Positions 51,217 to 64,000 of a stretch of 64,000 nucleotides of DNA are shown piece after piece. The DNA comes from Octopus sinensis. Its lineage: Eukaryota. Each line of letters opens with the position of its first letter. The first letter of the stretch is position 1. The stretch is from assembly GCF_006345805.1 (NCBI RefSeq), contig NC_043011.1, positions 248,001 to 312,000 of the forward strand. Direction: 5' to 3'. The notes under the pieces are model-generated. The model did not search any database. It was not told the origin of the DNA and saw only the letters and a list, made by a program, of their open reading frames with translations. A program made the position numbers and the translations under genes.

Positions 51217-52950
51217 TAGAAATTAAATATAAAATATAATTACAAAGTGACAAGAACGCAAAAACATACAACGAGACGACACAAAAACAGACGGTCACTC
51301 GAAGCCTCTAATCTTCAGTCGGGAACCGGATCATCTTAGTAATTTCGGCTGTTTAATCTCGATATTACTCCGACCCGGCCAGCCCCAAGGAAAAACCAAT
51401 CCACAGGCATTGGATTTCTTGGAAAGAGGGTCGAATGTATACGGAACAAAGACAGGATGCCACACGAATATAAATACAAGAAACAAAAATATATAAAAAA
51501 CACGAATGGTGGACAGTACAAGGACAGGAGCGTCTTACGACTTTAGACAATTTTTAACTTATCTTGGCTGGCGTATATGAAAAAAGCCTTCAACGGCAAA
51601 AACGAAAACAACGTGAGCGTGGCCGCGGTCAGGCCGAAATGACCAGTTTGAACGCGGTCACGTGAGAGCACGGAAGAAAGAGAAAGAAAAAAGAAAGGCA
51701 GGGAGCAAGGAATCAAAGAGAGAGGGTAAGAAAGGGACGAAGGCACCAGGGGAGAGAGAGAGAGAGAAGGGAGTAATAAGAGAGGGGAGAAGAAACAGGA
51801 TTGGCACAGCAATAGAAATGACGGTGCAAATAAGGTGGGGGAAGAATCAGAGGCAAGAAAAGAGAAAGACACATACTTTAGAGAGAGAGTGTGTAAAGAC
51901 GTCGTACAAGGTAAAAATGTGTAGTATACATAGGAGATAGGGGTACGTAACGCCGCAATAATATATGTATAGAAATTAAATATAAAATATAAATTACAAA
52001 GTGGGACAAGAACGCAAAAACACACAAGGAGACGACACAAAAAAACAGACGGGTCACTCGAAGCCTCTAATCTTCAGTCGGGAACCGGATCATCTTAGTA
52101 ATTTCGGCTGTTTAATCTCGATATTACTCCGACCGGCCAGCCCCAAGGAAAAACCAACCACAGGCATTGGATTTCTTGGAAAGAGGGTCGAATGTACGGA
52201 ACAAAGACAGGATGCCACACGAATATAAATACAAGAAACAAAAATATATATAAAAAACACGAATGGTGGACAGTACAAGGACAGGAGCGTCTTACGACTT
52301 TAGACAATTTTTAACTTATCTTGGCTGGCGTATATGAAAAAAGCCTTCAACGGCAAAAAAACGAAAACAAGTGAGCGTGGCCGCGGTCAGGCCGAAATGA
52401 CCAGTTTGAACGCGGTCACGTGAGAGCACGGAAGAAGAGAAAGAAAAAAGAAAGGCAGGGAGCAAGGAATCAAAGAGAGAGGGAAAGAAAGGGACGAAGG
52501 CACCAGGGGAGAGAGAGAGAGAGAGAGGAGAGAAGGGAAGTAATAAGAGAGGGGAGAAGAAACAGGATTGCACAGCAATAGAAATGACGGTGCAAATAAG
52601 GTGGGGGAAGAATCAGAGGCAAGAAAAGAGAAAGACACATACTATAGAGAGAGAGTGTGTAAAGACGTCGTACAAGGTAAAAATGTGTAGTATACATAGG
52701 AGATAGGGGTACGTAACGCCGCACCGCAATAATATGTATAGAAATTAAATATAAAATATAAATTACAAAGTGGACAAGAACGCAAAAACACACAAGAGAC
52801 GACACAAAAAAACGACGGGTCACTCGAAGCCTCTAATCTTCAGTCGGGAACCGGATCATCTTAGTAATTTCGGCTGTTTAATCTCGATATTACTCCGACC
52901 CGGCCAGCCCCAAGGAAAAACCAAGCCACAGGCATTGGATTTCTTGGAAA
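51217..52950. repeat. Tandem duplication, ~760-bp unit x 2.3
   Basis: Units start TAGAAATTAAATATAAAATATA at 51217, 51970 and 52739. The third unit is truncated at 52950. Confidence 0.9.
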
Positions 52951-52961
52951 TAAATTAAATA

Positions 52962-55136
52962 AGAGATAAAACCACTATTAGGCAACTCAATCAGTGATAG
53001 ACATAAACCAAAACATAAAAAACAAAAAAATAAATAAAATTAATATAATATATACTATGTATATAAAATATAAAATTTAAAATTTAAATTATTAAAATTT
53101 TTAAGTTTTTAAATTTTCATATTTTTATATTTTTATATTTTTTAATTTTAAATTAAAATTAAAAAAAAATTTTTTTTGATGACACGACTTTTGAAAGCTA
53201 AGTAAACCTTTTCTATTTAAGATTTTAAAGTATTTTAATAAGTTTAATTGTATACTATATAAATACTGATTGTTAATATGAGTGTATAATTATTTAGTTG
53301 GTGAAGATATAATTATTAGATTATAACTGTATGTTATTTGTAAGATATTACTTAGCCAAAAAGATATATAGATCGTAAATAGTTATACGGTTCTTTTAAG
53401 TTAGGTTACTAGTTTATAATTTGATTGCAATCTTTAATTTTTTAATGTATCTCATAAATATATTATATTAATATTTAATATTTATGTAAGTAATATTGGA
53501 TTAATTAATTAATTTATTTTTTATTATATGTCTATATATTTATTGATAGCGTAAATTTTAGATCTTAATTACTATATTTGTTGATAATTAATTTAGTTAT
53601 TATTTTTTAAATATTTTATAATTATTAGATGTGAACTTAAATATAAAAATATGAATAGTGATTATTTAGTTTAATAATTTGGTAATTAAATATTGGACTA
53701 TAACTGAGTTAACGACATTCGTGAGTTTATTATGTTTTTTTAAGCCATATTATATCTTCAAAGATATCTTTAATAGTGACTTTATCTATTATAGCTAAAA
53801 TATAGCCATTTTTCCATTGATAATATTTATTCGTAATTTTCATTCATAAAATATATTCGTAGTTTTCATTGTTAAAAGAACTTTCCATCTGTTTATTATA
53901 ATTTTAGTTAATGACACGATTTTTGAAAGCTAAGTAACCCTTTTCTATTAAAGTTATTTTAATAAGATTTATTGTATTGTATAGTATATATATAATTTGT
54001 TAATTTGATTCTATAATTATTTAGTTGTTGAAGATATGTATTTAATTATTAGATTATAACTCTACGTTATTTGTAAGTTATTACTTAGCCAACGAGATAT
54101 ATAGATCGTTAAATAGTTATACAGTTCTTTTAAGATAGGTAATACGTTTATAATTTGATTTTTAATCTTTAATTTTTTAATGTATTTCATAAATATATTA
54201 TATTAGTATTTAATATTTACGTAAGTAATAATGGACTAATTAATTTATTTATTTTTGATTATATGTCTATATATTTATTGATAGAGTAAATTTTAGATCT
54301 TAATTATTATATTTGTTGATAATAATTTAGATATTATTTTTTAATATTTTATAATTATTAGATGTGAACTTAAATTAAAAAATATAAATACTGAATATTT
54401 TGTTAAATAATTTGGTAATTAGATATTAGACTATAACTGAGTTAAGGATATTCATGAGTTTATTATGTTTTTTAAAGCCATATTATATCTTAATAGATAA
54501 ATACATTTTTCTATCTATTTTTTTACCTTAAAAATTAATATTCAACATAATAAATGGGTTGTATGACATAATTCTAATGTTTTAAGTTTCTAATTTAGAT
54601 AATAGAGTTTTTTTTATAAGAAAAATTATTATTTCATTTATTTCTTTAAAAATATTGTTTAACTCTATTTGCTTATTTATTTAACTATTATCTTTAACCT
54701 GAAGATTGACTATAATTTTAATTCGAATTTTTAATTGAATTTAAACTTAATTGTAATTCGAATTTAATTATAGCCATGAAACGTACGTAGTGTTTTTATT
54801 TATATTATATTTAACTTTTTATACTTTTCGGTTTGTTAAAAAAAATTTAAATCTAAAATTTAAAAATTAAAAATTTTAAATATTTTAAAATATAAAAATC
54901 TAAAAATCTAAAAATTTTTTAATTTTAAATTTTAATAATTTAAATTTTAAATTTCATACTTTGTATATATATTATGTTACTTTTATTTATTTTTTGTTTT
55001 TATGTTTTGGTTTATGTCTATCACTGTTTGAGTTGCCTAATAGTGGTTTTATCTCTAATTTATATTCATACTGTGAAATTTGATTTAATCTTAAATCTAA
55101 TGTTTGCCTGTAAGTTTGGATATACTCCCTAATATT
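52962..55136 (+). mobile_element. Very AT-rich element with ~135-bp inverted repeats, internal ~600-bp duplication, hammerhead and 3' extension
   Basis: 52962-53100 is the reverse complement of about 54927-55056. About 53170-53760 is duplicated at about 53910-54500. An HHR lies at 54695-54794. Confidence 0.75.
54695..54794 (+). ncRNA. Type I hammerhead with canonical core and long stem II
   Basis: TAAC CTGAAGA tTGACTATAATT...AATTATAGCCAt GAAAC GTAC GTA GTGTT. Perfect palindrome ACGTACGT. Stem I is weak (2-3 bp). Confidence 0.7.
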
Positions 55137-55152
55137 ATTGTTATTGTTATTA

Positions 55153-55217
<65 letters not shown>

Positions 55218-55752
55218 GTATGTATGTATATGCATGTATATAATCTGACTATGGTGGTAATGTGGATAATGAAATTGATTAGGAAGAGGTAGAGTATTGC
55301 AGAAGGAGAGGCTTTTGGAGTGGATATGAAGGAATTGTGAAGTTCTCGTGGGAACCAGCGTTGTGCCACAGTGTTCGTATTCATTAAAACCATATATGGA
55401 CATTCAATAACAACAAAAACAACAGTGCCAAGAACAATACGGACTCGACGACGAAGGAAGAAGAAGAAGAAGAAGAAGAAGTAGGAGTTATCAGGAGGTT
55501 AAAAAGAAAAACAAAGGAATGAAAGTTGGTCTGTCCAAAGTGGCAGGAAGCAGGCTGGTTATGGAATCTGTAAATTCCTGTTTATCGTTATAATTATTAT
55601 TTTTTTCTTTTTTTTTACCAAAGACGTTGAACATTATCAGTGGATAAGATCAGATGTTACGGTCAGTTTGTATCGCAGTCAAATGACAGCTCCCTTGTAT
55701 ATCTCCTTATATATCCCCATCTACATCACCGCTTTTATATACATCAGAGCAG

Positions 55753-55799
<47 letters not shown>

Positions 55800-56326
55800 C
55801 ACACAAACACACACACACTCTCTTTCTCTCTCTCTCTCTAAAGATATATACGTGTGTATGTTGTGTGTGTATATACATGTATATGTATACACACAAACAC
55901 ACACATATATATATGTATACCTATTTTTATACATTACACACGAGTGAGGGTGCCCCATATGACCGTTCAGCCTGCAAGAAATAGCACACTTTAATTTAAA
56001 AAAAAACATGGAGACATTGTATGATGTATTCCAAAGTAGATTCTTCCCGAAAAAGAAACGGGGTAGTCATGAAACCTATACTATTCGAGCCAACATGAGG
56101 CCAAAGCGCACCACCCAGACCCCTCCACTATACCACATCTCCTACGCTACACCTCCAATACTACAACACCACTCCAGTAAACAACAATATCACCACACCA
56201 CCTACACTACCCTACTACTACACTCGATCATTTTACTATTATTGTTGTTGCTGCTGTTATCGTCATAATTGAACAAGTTGTAAACATTCTGAATGTTGTT
56301 GACATACACTGACACACACACACACA

Positions 56327-56378
<52 letters not shown>

Positions 56379-56771
56379 GTATATATATGTATATATAATA
56401 ATATATATATATAAAATATATATGCATCTGATATATATATATATATATATATAGATATATATATGCATATATATAAAGACGAAACAAAAATGGAACAAGA
56501 ACGTATCAGGCGACAAAAAAAACATCCGGACAATTAGACGATAAAAAAAGGACAGGTAAAATCAATGATGGCTTTCTATTGTCAGTCGAGTTTCAGATCG
56601 TCGTTACAGTTTCGGCCGGTTACACTCGGGACTACTCCAATCTGGCGGGCCTCAAGAAAATCTAAGCTAAGAACACTAGATTCTTTGGAAGAAAGCAAGC
56701 GAATGTAAACGAAAACAAGGACGAAAAATGCAGAATTACAAATACAAATAACAGGACATTAACAACAGGTG

Positions 56772-56809
<38 letters not shown>

Positions 56810-56824
56810 ACACATGTATGTATG

Positions 56825-56858
<34 letters not shown>

Positions 56859-59157
56859 TGTATGTATGTATGTATGTATGTATGTATGTATACAGGCTTA
56901 TATACATACAAACGCTTCGCGTTGCTCCACTCTCAGCTAGCAAATGTGAGTAATCCTTCAGTAGGTCAACGTTCCGTGCAGGGGGAATATATACATCACA
57001 GAAGCCCGAAAACCGACCTTATAAGCCTATGATTCGGGAAAGAACATTCATTGTTTTTTTGTTTTTTTTTTCATAATGATAAATACCCGGATAGAAAGAT
57101 TAATAAATAACGAAGAAAAGATACAGTTGTAAATAGATTCATAGATAGATTGATAAATCGATCGACAGATAAATAGATAGATAAGAGACAAGTTAAACAC
57201 AAATATCGATAGATAGATTACGTCTAACGGTGGCAGAAGGCTATGCGTTTCATGGGTGGGTACAATTTATTAAATCAATGTCAATATCGAAGAAAATCGA
57301 TTTTGAATTTGGTGGGGTGAGGAGACATAACTAGAAACTACGTTTTCTCTGATATTTTGCTAATTCTTTCACCCTGCCAATTCTCGCACCACTACACCCT
57401 AGAATAAAACATATTGATTTCAAATATCAATACAAGGTAACTTAGTTTAGAGGTGATTACGTTTTGTTCACAGATCGATATTTTTTTCCCGATGATGGAA
57501 TGACGAAAAGTCTATCAAAATACAAACAGACGTAAAGCTATTTCTTTGTTGCTTCTACGACTTTTATCAGTTCTACTAATTTCACTACTTCTGCTACTCC
57601 TATTAGTTCTACCACTTCTACCATTTTTACCAATTCCACCACTGCTCCTCCTACCAATTATTCTACTGATTCTCTTACTTCTACTAATTATTCTCACAGT
57701 TCTATCAATTCTAATTCCTCCACCATTTTTGCTGCCAAATTCTGCCGCTTTCGTCACGTTTACAAATTCTACCATTTCTACCAGTTATCCTCCAGTTCCT
57801 TCTTATCTCTACCAATGATTCCACTAATTCTCCCAAATTTCCCAGAATTACGCCGAACCTAAGAGGGGGTCTTTATGAGGTCATTTAATCTACTAAAAAT
57901 ATCAGCCGAATATCCCTCTAATCACAGCCTACCGTCTGAGAAAAGAAGGTCTGTTCAACCAGGGCTGACCTAAAATCAAAAACAAGAATTATTCTAACAG
58001 ATAACATAGAGAAGAAAATGATCCGGGTGTTGATTATGTCGTTGCTTAGCCACAGATTAGACCTGCTGCAGTAAACCTATGGCAATCCAACCTTTTGTCT
58101 GATACAGTGTAACGCTGTATCGAGAAAAACATTAGAAAACGAGACTTTGTTTTAAACGGAAAATCGATTTAAAGCAATTTACGGATATTTTACGATTTCT
58201 CTTGCAATACTTCTTCGCTCCTGAATGTTCTCTGTCCATTGGAGGATTCTGAGATCGATAAATGAAATACCAGTAACCTATTGGTTCGATACGTTCTCTC
58301 AATTTTAGCTTAGATATTGATATTTAGTTCTCTTAAAGCCATGAGTCCAAATTTCGGTGAAAGTGGTCTTTATTTCCTTTCTAGGGTCAATAAAATAAAA
58401 TGCCACTGTTGTTGATTTGCCTTAGATCAGCCCCGATTGAACTGACTTATAATCAAAAGTCGCTTCAACCGCGACCACCTCGCTTTATTACGAGCATCTT
58501 ACACTATTTGTTGAGTAGGGGATGATTTGAGGGAATTTGGCTGCTATTTTTCATCAGGTCGAAATACAAAGTAAAGGCACCCATAGTGGTCCAAGTCAAA
58601 CGCCATCGCGGCTGCTACTGCTGCGGCTACTGCTGCTACTACTGCTGCCGTATTTTAACAGTGTCATTCAACACAATGGGCACAAGTTGGTGAACCGTCC
58701 GCCACATATGGACGGCTCCAAACAGGACAGACAGACAGACAGACAGACAGGCAGACAGACAGATGATGTCGAGTCCCTGTTCCATCAGCAATGTCAGCAA
58801 GCTGCCATTCGACACAGCTGGTTGATGTTGTCTACTGGTGCAGGGCTGGTCCCTGCTCTCCTCACTTTTCTCTAACTCTATGTCGTCACAAATACACACA
58901 CACACACACGCACGCGCATACACCCGTTTCTCACCCACCCCTGGCTTGTCTGTCAATTTGCCTGTTCTCGTGTTATCCCCATTGCAGTTACACATACACA
59001 AACACACACGCAAGCGTACATGCAAACACACACACGCAAACACACCCATATACATACATGTATATGAATGTATATGTATGCATATATGTATAAACATATA
59101 TATATATGTTTGTGTGTATGTATATATATACAAACACATATGTGCCTGTGTGTGTAT

Positions 59158-59195
<38 letters not shown>

Positions 59196-59429
59196 TTATA
59201 CATTGATGTTATCGTGTTTTGCGATCAACAATTCTGACGATGGAGTCTGTCCATCGCTCCCAGTGTATACAACCATAGACTTCACTTCCGTTCGACCAAT
59301 CGTTAATGGCCATGTCACACACACACACACACACACTACTACTACTACCGCCTACACTATTGCCAGCGTACCATCACTACCCAAGCGCCAAACTATCTTC
59401 ACCTACATCCATCTACAGAAGAGCAATCA

Positions 59430-60170
59430 GTTTTGAACCAAATACCAAACTCGTCAAAAACCATTTTCACCACCGCAACCGCCACCACCACCACCACCAC
59501 CACCACCACCACCACCTCCGCCACCGTCGACACCACCATCACCATCACCACTACCATTGCCTCCACCGTCGCCTCCACCACAACTACCAACAATAACAAT
59601 GCCATCAACAACTTCACCACCACTATCAACACCCTCTATCATCATGATCATCATCATCATCAGCAGCAGCACCCCTCAACTACTACTACTACTACACTAC
59701 TACTACTACTACTATACTACTACTACTACTACTACTACTATTACTACTACTACTACTACTACTACTATTACTACTACTACTATTACTACTACTACTACTA
59801 CTACTACGTCATCACCGTCACAACTATAGCTCATACATCTACACAACCGTTACCATATCTACTGCAATCTTATCTAGTGTACAGAACCACCACCACCACC
59901 ACCACCACCACCACCACCACTACCACCACCACCATCACCACCACTACCACCTACTACAACCGCTACTTCGTTTACGACTATCACCGCCACAATGTGAACG
60001 GCATGACCACCAAGAAACACATACGGTCATCGAGTTACCTACCATCACTGCAACCATCACCATTACCGTTCACCACCGCAACAATTCCCACCTCTCAACC
60101 AGTCACCGCCGTTGCCGCCACCATCACCACCATCACCGTCACCACCACCACCATCACCGTCACCATCACC

Positions 60171-60238
<68 letters not shown>

Positions 60239-60255
60239 CACTACTACTACTACTA

Positions 60256-60304
<49 letters not shown>

Positions 60305-60330
60305 GCCACTACTACTACTGTCATCACCTT
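59430..60330. repeat. Compound (CAC)n/(CTA)n/(CTG)n trinucleotide microsatellite field (similar fields at 61.6-63.7 kb)
   Basis: Direct reading. It explains the low-complexity ORF 59433-60371. Confidence 0.9.
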
Positions 60331-62328
60331 CAAGATGTCGTTTGTCAGCAGAGCCGTCATTATGGCATTAAAGTCCTCCATCCCGGGCCAATGCTGTGGG
60401 CCCTATAAATATTTATTGATAGCCAGACATAGATTGGAATCGTGTTCCTAAACCCATCAAGTCCCCGGTCAACAGCCCAGTGTACCTATGCATATAGATG
60501 GCACTAGTTGTTACAAGAAACAGTAGAAAGAGGATCAGATCTTTTACATCTGTCGGAGCCAAGATGTGTACCACGTGATCAGGGGTGTATTTCATTGGTG
60601 GCTGTCGGTGGCAAACGCCAGGAAGGTTCGTGTGTTGTTGCAGGACATATATCTGCCTTCTGCCTTTCACGTAATTAGTAAAGAGCTCAATCAAAGAGTG
60701 TTCACATTATAGCGCCACCTATCCTTCACTAATTCTGTACAGACACGACAGAAAAAGAAAAATGGATTCCAGCCATGCACAGCTCCAACACAAAAGACAG
60801 AACATACACGCCTGATAGTGGTGCTCCAGCAGGGCCGTAATTATCATGACAAAAACAAATTTAAGAATAAAAGGGAAAAGGGACTACAACGTTGTAGCTG
60901 CGAAGCAGTTGTTTATAGTGAACACACCATCACTTCCAGTACCACCACAACTGGCACCAATACCATTTCTACACCACCACCACCACCACCACCACCACCA
61001 CCACCACCACTACCAGCATTACCATTCCTAGCAATGCTACGACCGGTTGTTGTGTTGTTTATTTATATTATTTCCTTCTTTTGTACTCAAACTATTTTGC
61101 GCCACATCACACCCATGACTTACTCAATAGGCCCAGACTTTCAAATGAATGGTCTGACGAAAAATATTTTGGAGAAAAAAGAAAACTATAGACAAACAAT
61201 AACCGGTGAACGTGTTGATATGTGTTGGGGGTTTTAATTTCTTTCTTTTTTGTGTGTGTTTATTTGTTTTTAAACATGACTTTCCATGGTTTTAGATAAA
61301 AATTCTTGAATAACAAATTCAAAATCGAAGATTTCCACACATTTACTGCTGTGATTTCTAAAACAGCCTCGCGGGTCAAGAACCACCGCAAGAAACGCAA
61401 CGTGGCCGCTCGTCTTGCTAAATATAGAAGCCAAATCTCCCACAAATCACAACCAGCGTCCATAAAAACAGCCCCATTTGTTAATGTGGCCCAGAGTGTT
61501 CAGGTTGTGTCTTAGACAAGGCAGGATAGTCATTGTTGGAATCATCTTGATAGAGTTGCCGGTGATGGTGTCACTTTTCGTGCTGATTGTTGCATCAGTG
61601 CCGACGGCGAATCTAATAGCTTTTTGTTGTTGTTGTTGCTGCTGTTGATGATGTCAATGGTGGCGGTGTTGTCATTCATTATGATTATAAAGGCGATGGT
61701 GGTGGTGGTGGTGGTGGTGGTGTGAGAATGGTATTGTTGGTGTGGTGATATGGTGTTTGATTGAGGTGGTTTAGGTTCTAGTGGTAGTGGTGGTTCTGGT
61801 ACTGGAAGTGTTGTTGTATGGGGACGGTGGCGGTGGTTTTGGTGGACGTGGGGCAAGTAACAAAGGCAGTTGTGAATAAGGTGACAGTGGTGATGGCGAT
61901 GGTGGTGGTGATGGTGGTGATGGTGATGGTGGTGATAGTGGTGGTGATGGTGGTGGTGGTGGTGATGGTGGTGGTAGTGTTGATGGTCGTGGTGGTGGTG
62001 GTGATAGTGGTGGTGGTGATGCTTATAATGATGATGGTGGTGATGGTAATTGTGGACAATATGGAGTAGAGGAGGAGGAAGAGGAGGGGTGTGGTGGTGT
62101 TGGCGATGGCGGACAATGATGAGACGATGGAGGCGGATGGCGTAATTGTAAAAGGGACCATCATGGCTGGATTGGATTCTGGCTTTATGTCAATATTGAC
62201 TTAGAATCAATGAAAGAAGCGGAACGATCCGGGTGTGTGTGTGTGTGTGTGTGTGTGAGTGGACGTGTGTGCACGTGTATACATGTGTGTATATCTGTGT
62301 ATATATGTATGTGCGTATATACATATGC

Positions 62329-62370
<42 letters not shown>

Positions 62371-62461
62371 ATATATATATATGTATATATGTGTGTGTGT
62401 ATGTAATTTGTGCATACATGTTTATATAGTTGATATACATATGTGTATATTTGTGTGTGTG

Positions 62462-62499
<38 letters not shown>

Positions 62500-62667
62500 A
62501 GCAATCGTATGCACACATGCACACACGCAGATGCATACATATATATATACACACACACACACACACATATATATATGCGTGCGTGTATGTATATGTATAT
62601 GCATGTACATAAATATATATCTCCTTGTATGTATCTGCAAATGTGTGTAGCAGCAGCAGCAGCAGCA

Positions 62668-62716
<49 letters not shown>

Positions 62717-63039
62717 GGTAACTACGGCTAAATACGTCCTTAACGGTCGGTAATCAGGGGAAGAAGTGTGGTGGAGGGTGGGGGTGCGTGGGTCGTGAGT
62801 AGAGGGGAGAGGTTTAAAAGACAACAAAACGCAAAAATCAGCGAAAAAAATTGTACGTTTTCCGGGAGTGGTGGTGCGAGGATAAATAGGGGGCAGCTCT
62901 TGCTTCGTCCCCCGCCCATGCTCACACTCACGCTTACACTCGTACTTACACTCAACAAACACCACACAACCTTCCTCTCGCTTGCTACCCACCCCAAACA
63001 CATTACCACCACCGTTACCACCTCGCTCTCCACCTTTTT

Positions 63040-63094
<55 letters not shown>

Positions 63095-63539
63095 CACCAC
63101 CACCACTACTACTACTACTACTGCTACTACTACTACTGCTACTGCTGCTGCTACTGCTGCTGCTACTGCTGCGGCTGCTACTGCTACTATTACCATCACC
63201 CACCCATCCCACACTCGAGGGATGAATTCAAAATCGAAATCTTCCATTAGTCTCCACGCTGCTCGGTTTGTGATGGTGGTGGTGGTGGTGGTGGTGGTGG
63301 TGGTGGTGGTGGTGGTTAGACTTAGAGGCAGGGTGAAATGATGAAGTGGGGGTGGTGTCTGTCAGTGGGTGAGGGATGAAGTGGGGGTGTCGAGGGTGGT
63401 GGTGGAGGTTGTAGTGGTGGAAAGAAAAGTGTAATTAACTTTGTTATATCGAGTAGCAAGCATTTTTGATTAGTTTAAGACGCTGCTTGGCGGCGGCGGT
63501 GGCAGTGGTAGTCGTATTAAAAGAAATGGTTGTGTAGTT

Positions 63540-63572
<33 letters not shown>

Positions 63573-64000
63573 ATATATTTGGTGATGGTGGGTGGATTTG
63601 GTAGAGCTGATGGTGCTGGCCTTGGCGATGGTGGTGGTGGCGGTGATAGCGGTGTTGGTGTTGTCATTGTTGGTAGCAGTGGTAGTATGTTGTGAGTTGT
63701 AGCAATGTTGCTGTTGCTGTTGTTGTAGTGGTGACAGGAATGAAGCCATAGTTTTGTTAGAGTCGTCGGTGGCGGCGGCGATGCTGGTGATGACGTCAGT
63801 TTATTCTGTACGGTGGGGCTTTAGTGGTGTTGGGGATAATGCACTTAATAAAATACCAGTGATATAAGGGGGAGAGAGAACCGACTGGGTAGGGATGGGG
63901 GTGGAGGTCGGGATAAGTATACCCGAGTACGGAGTACAAACCGTATCCTTATACTCATTGCCTTTCTCCCTCTCCTCCACTAAAATCGATAAATTACATT

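Noticed and set aside
51300-51400. Hammerhead in family J (CTGAAGA and GGCTG...CAGCC GAAA on the minus strand; also about 9510 and 56600)
   Set aside because: The motifs are in the wrong order or spacing, and no consistent stem I, stem III or NUH can be built across copies.
52962-55056. Possible NUMT or mitochondrial control region because of extreme AT content
   Set aside because: No recognisable mitochondrial gene, tRNA or rRNA. Inverted termini, a hammerhead and a homologous end at 9244-9392 fit a mobile element better.
58165-58250. Possible minus-strand exon (AG|...ILQWTENIQERRSIAREIVKYP)
   Set aside because: It is short, with no recognisable homology and no partner exons. It needs RNA-seq or BLASTX.
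59433-60371. 312-aa mucin-like Thr-rich ORF, and similar long ORFs such as 62207-63247, 19397-20221 and 5767-6420
   Set aside because: These are translations of tri-, di- and tetranucleotide microsatellites and SINEs, with no domain signal.

Overview
This is repeat-saturated animal genomic DNA with no host protein-coding exon I can support. The density of (AT)n/(CA)n/(CATA)n/trinucleotide microsatellites and the recurring tRNA-derived SINE families resemble an octopus (cephalopod) genome; that assignment is inference from pattern recognition. Recognisable mobile elements are: a 5'-truncated but little-damaged RTE LINE ending in three C2H2 zinc fingers (46.3-48.9 kb), a mariner transposase remnant, two CR1-like and two L1/Tx1-like 3' fragments, a CRE/R2-type REL-endonuclease fragment split by a SINE, two Penelope-like (PLE) pol/GIY-YIG fragments, a non-autonomous Helitron and many SINEs. 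The main unexplained signal is about a dozen minimal type I hammerhead ribozyme (HHR) motifs of the PLE kind, each with a palindromic stem III. They sit inside non-coding elements built as inverted or direct repeats. The best example is a 483-bp palindrome (49928-50410) with apparently identical 224-bp arms, each carrying an HHR with a compensatory U3-A8 core pair. Almost all ORFs in the supplied track are microsatellite artefacts.
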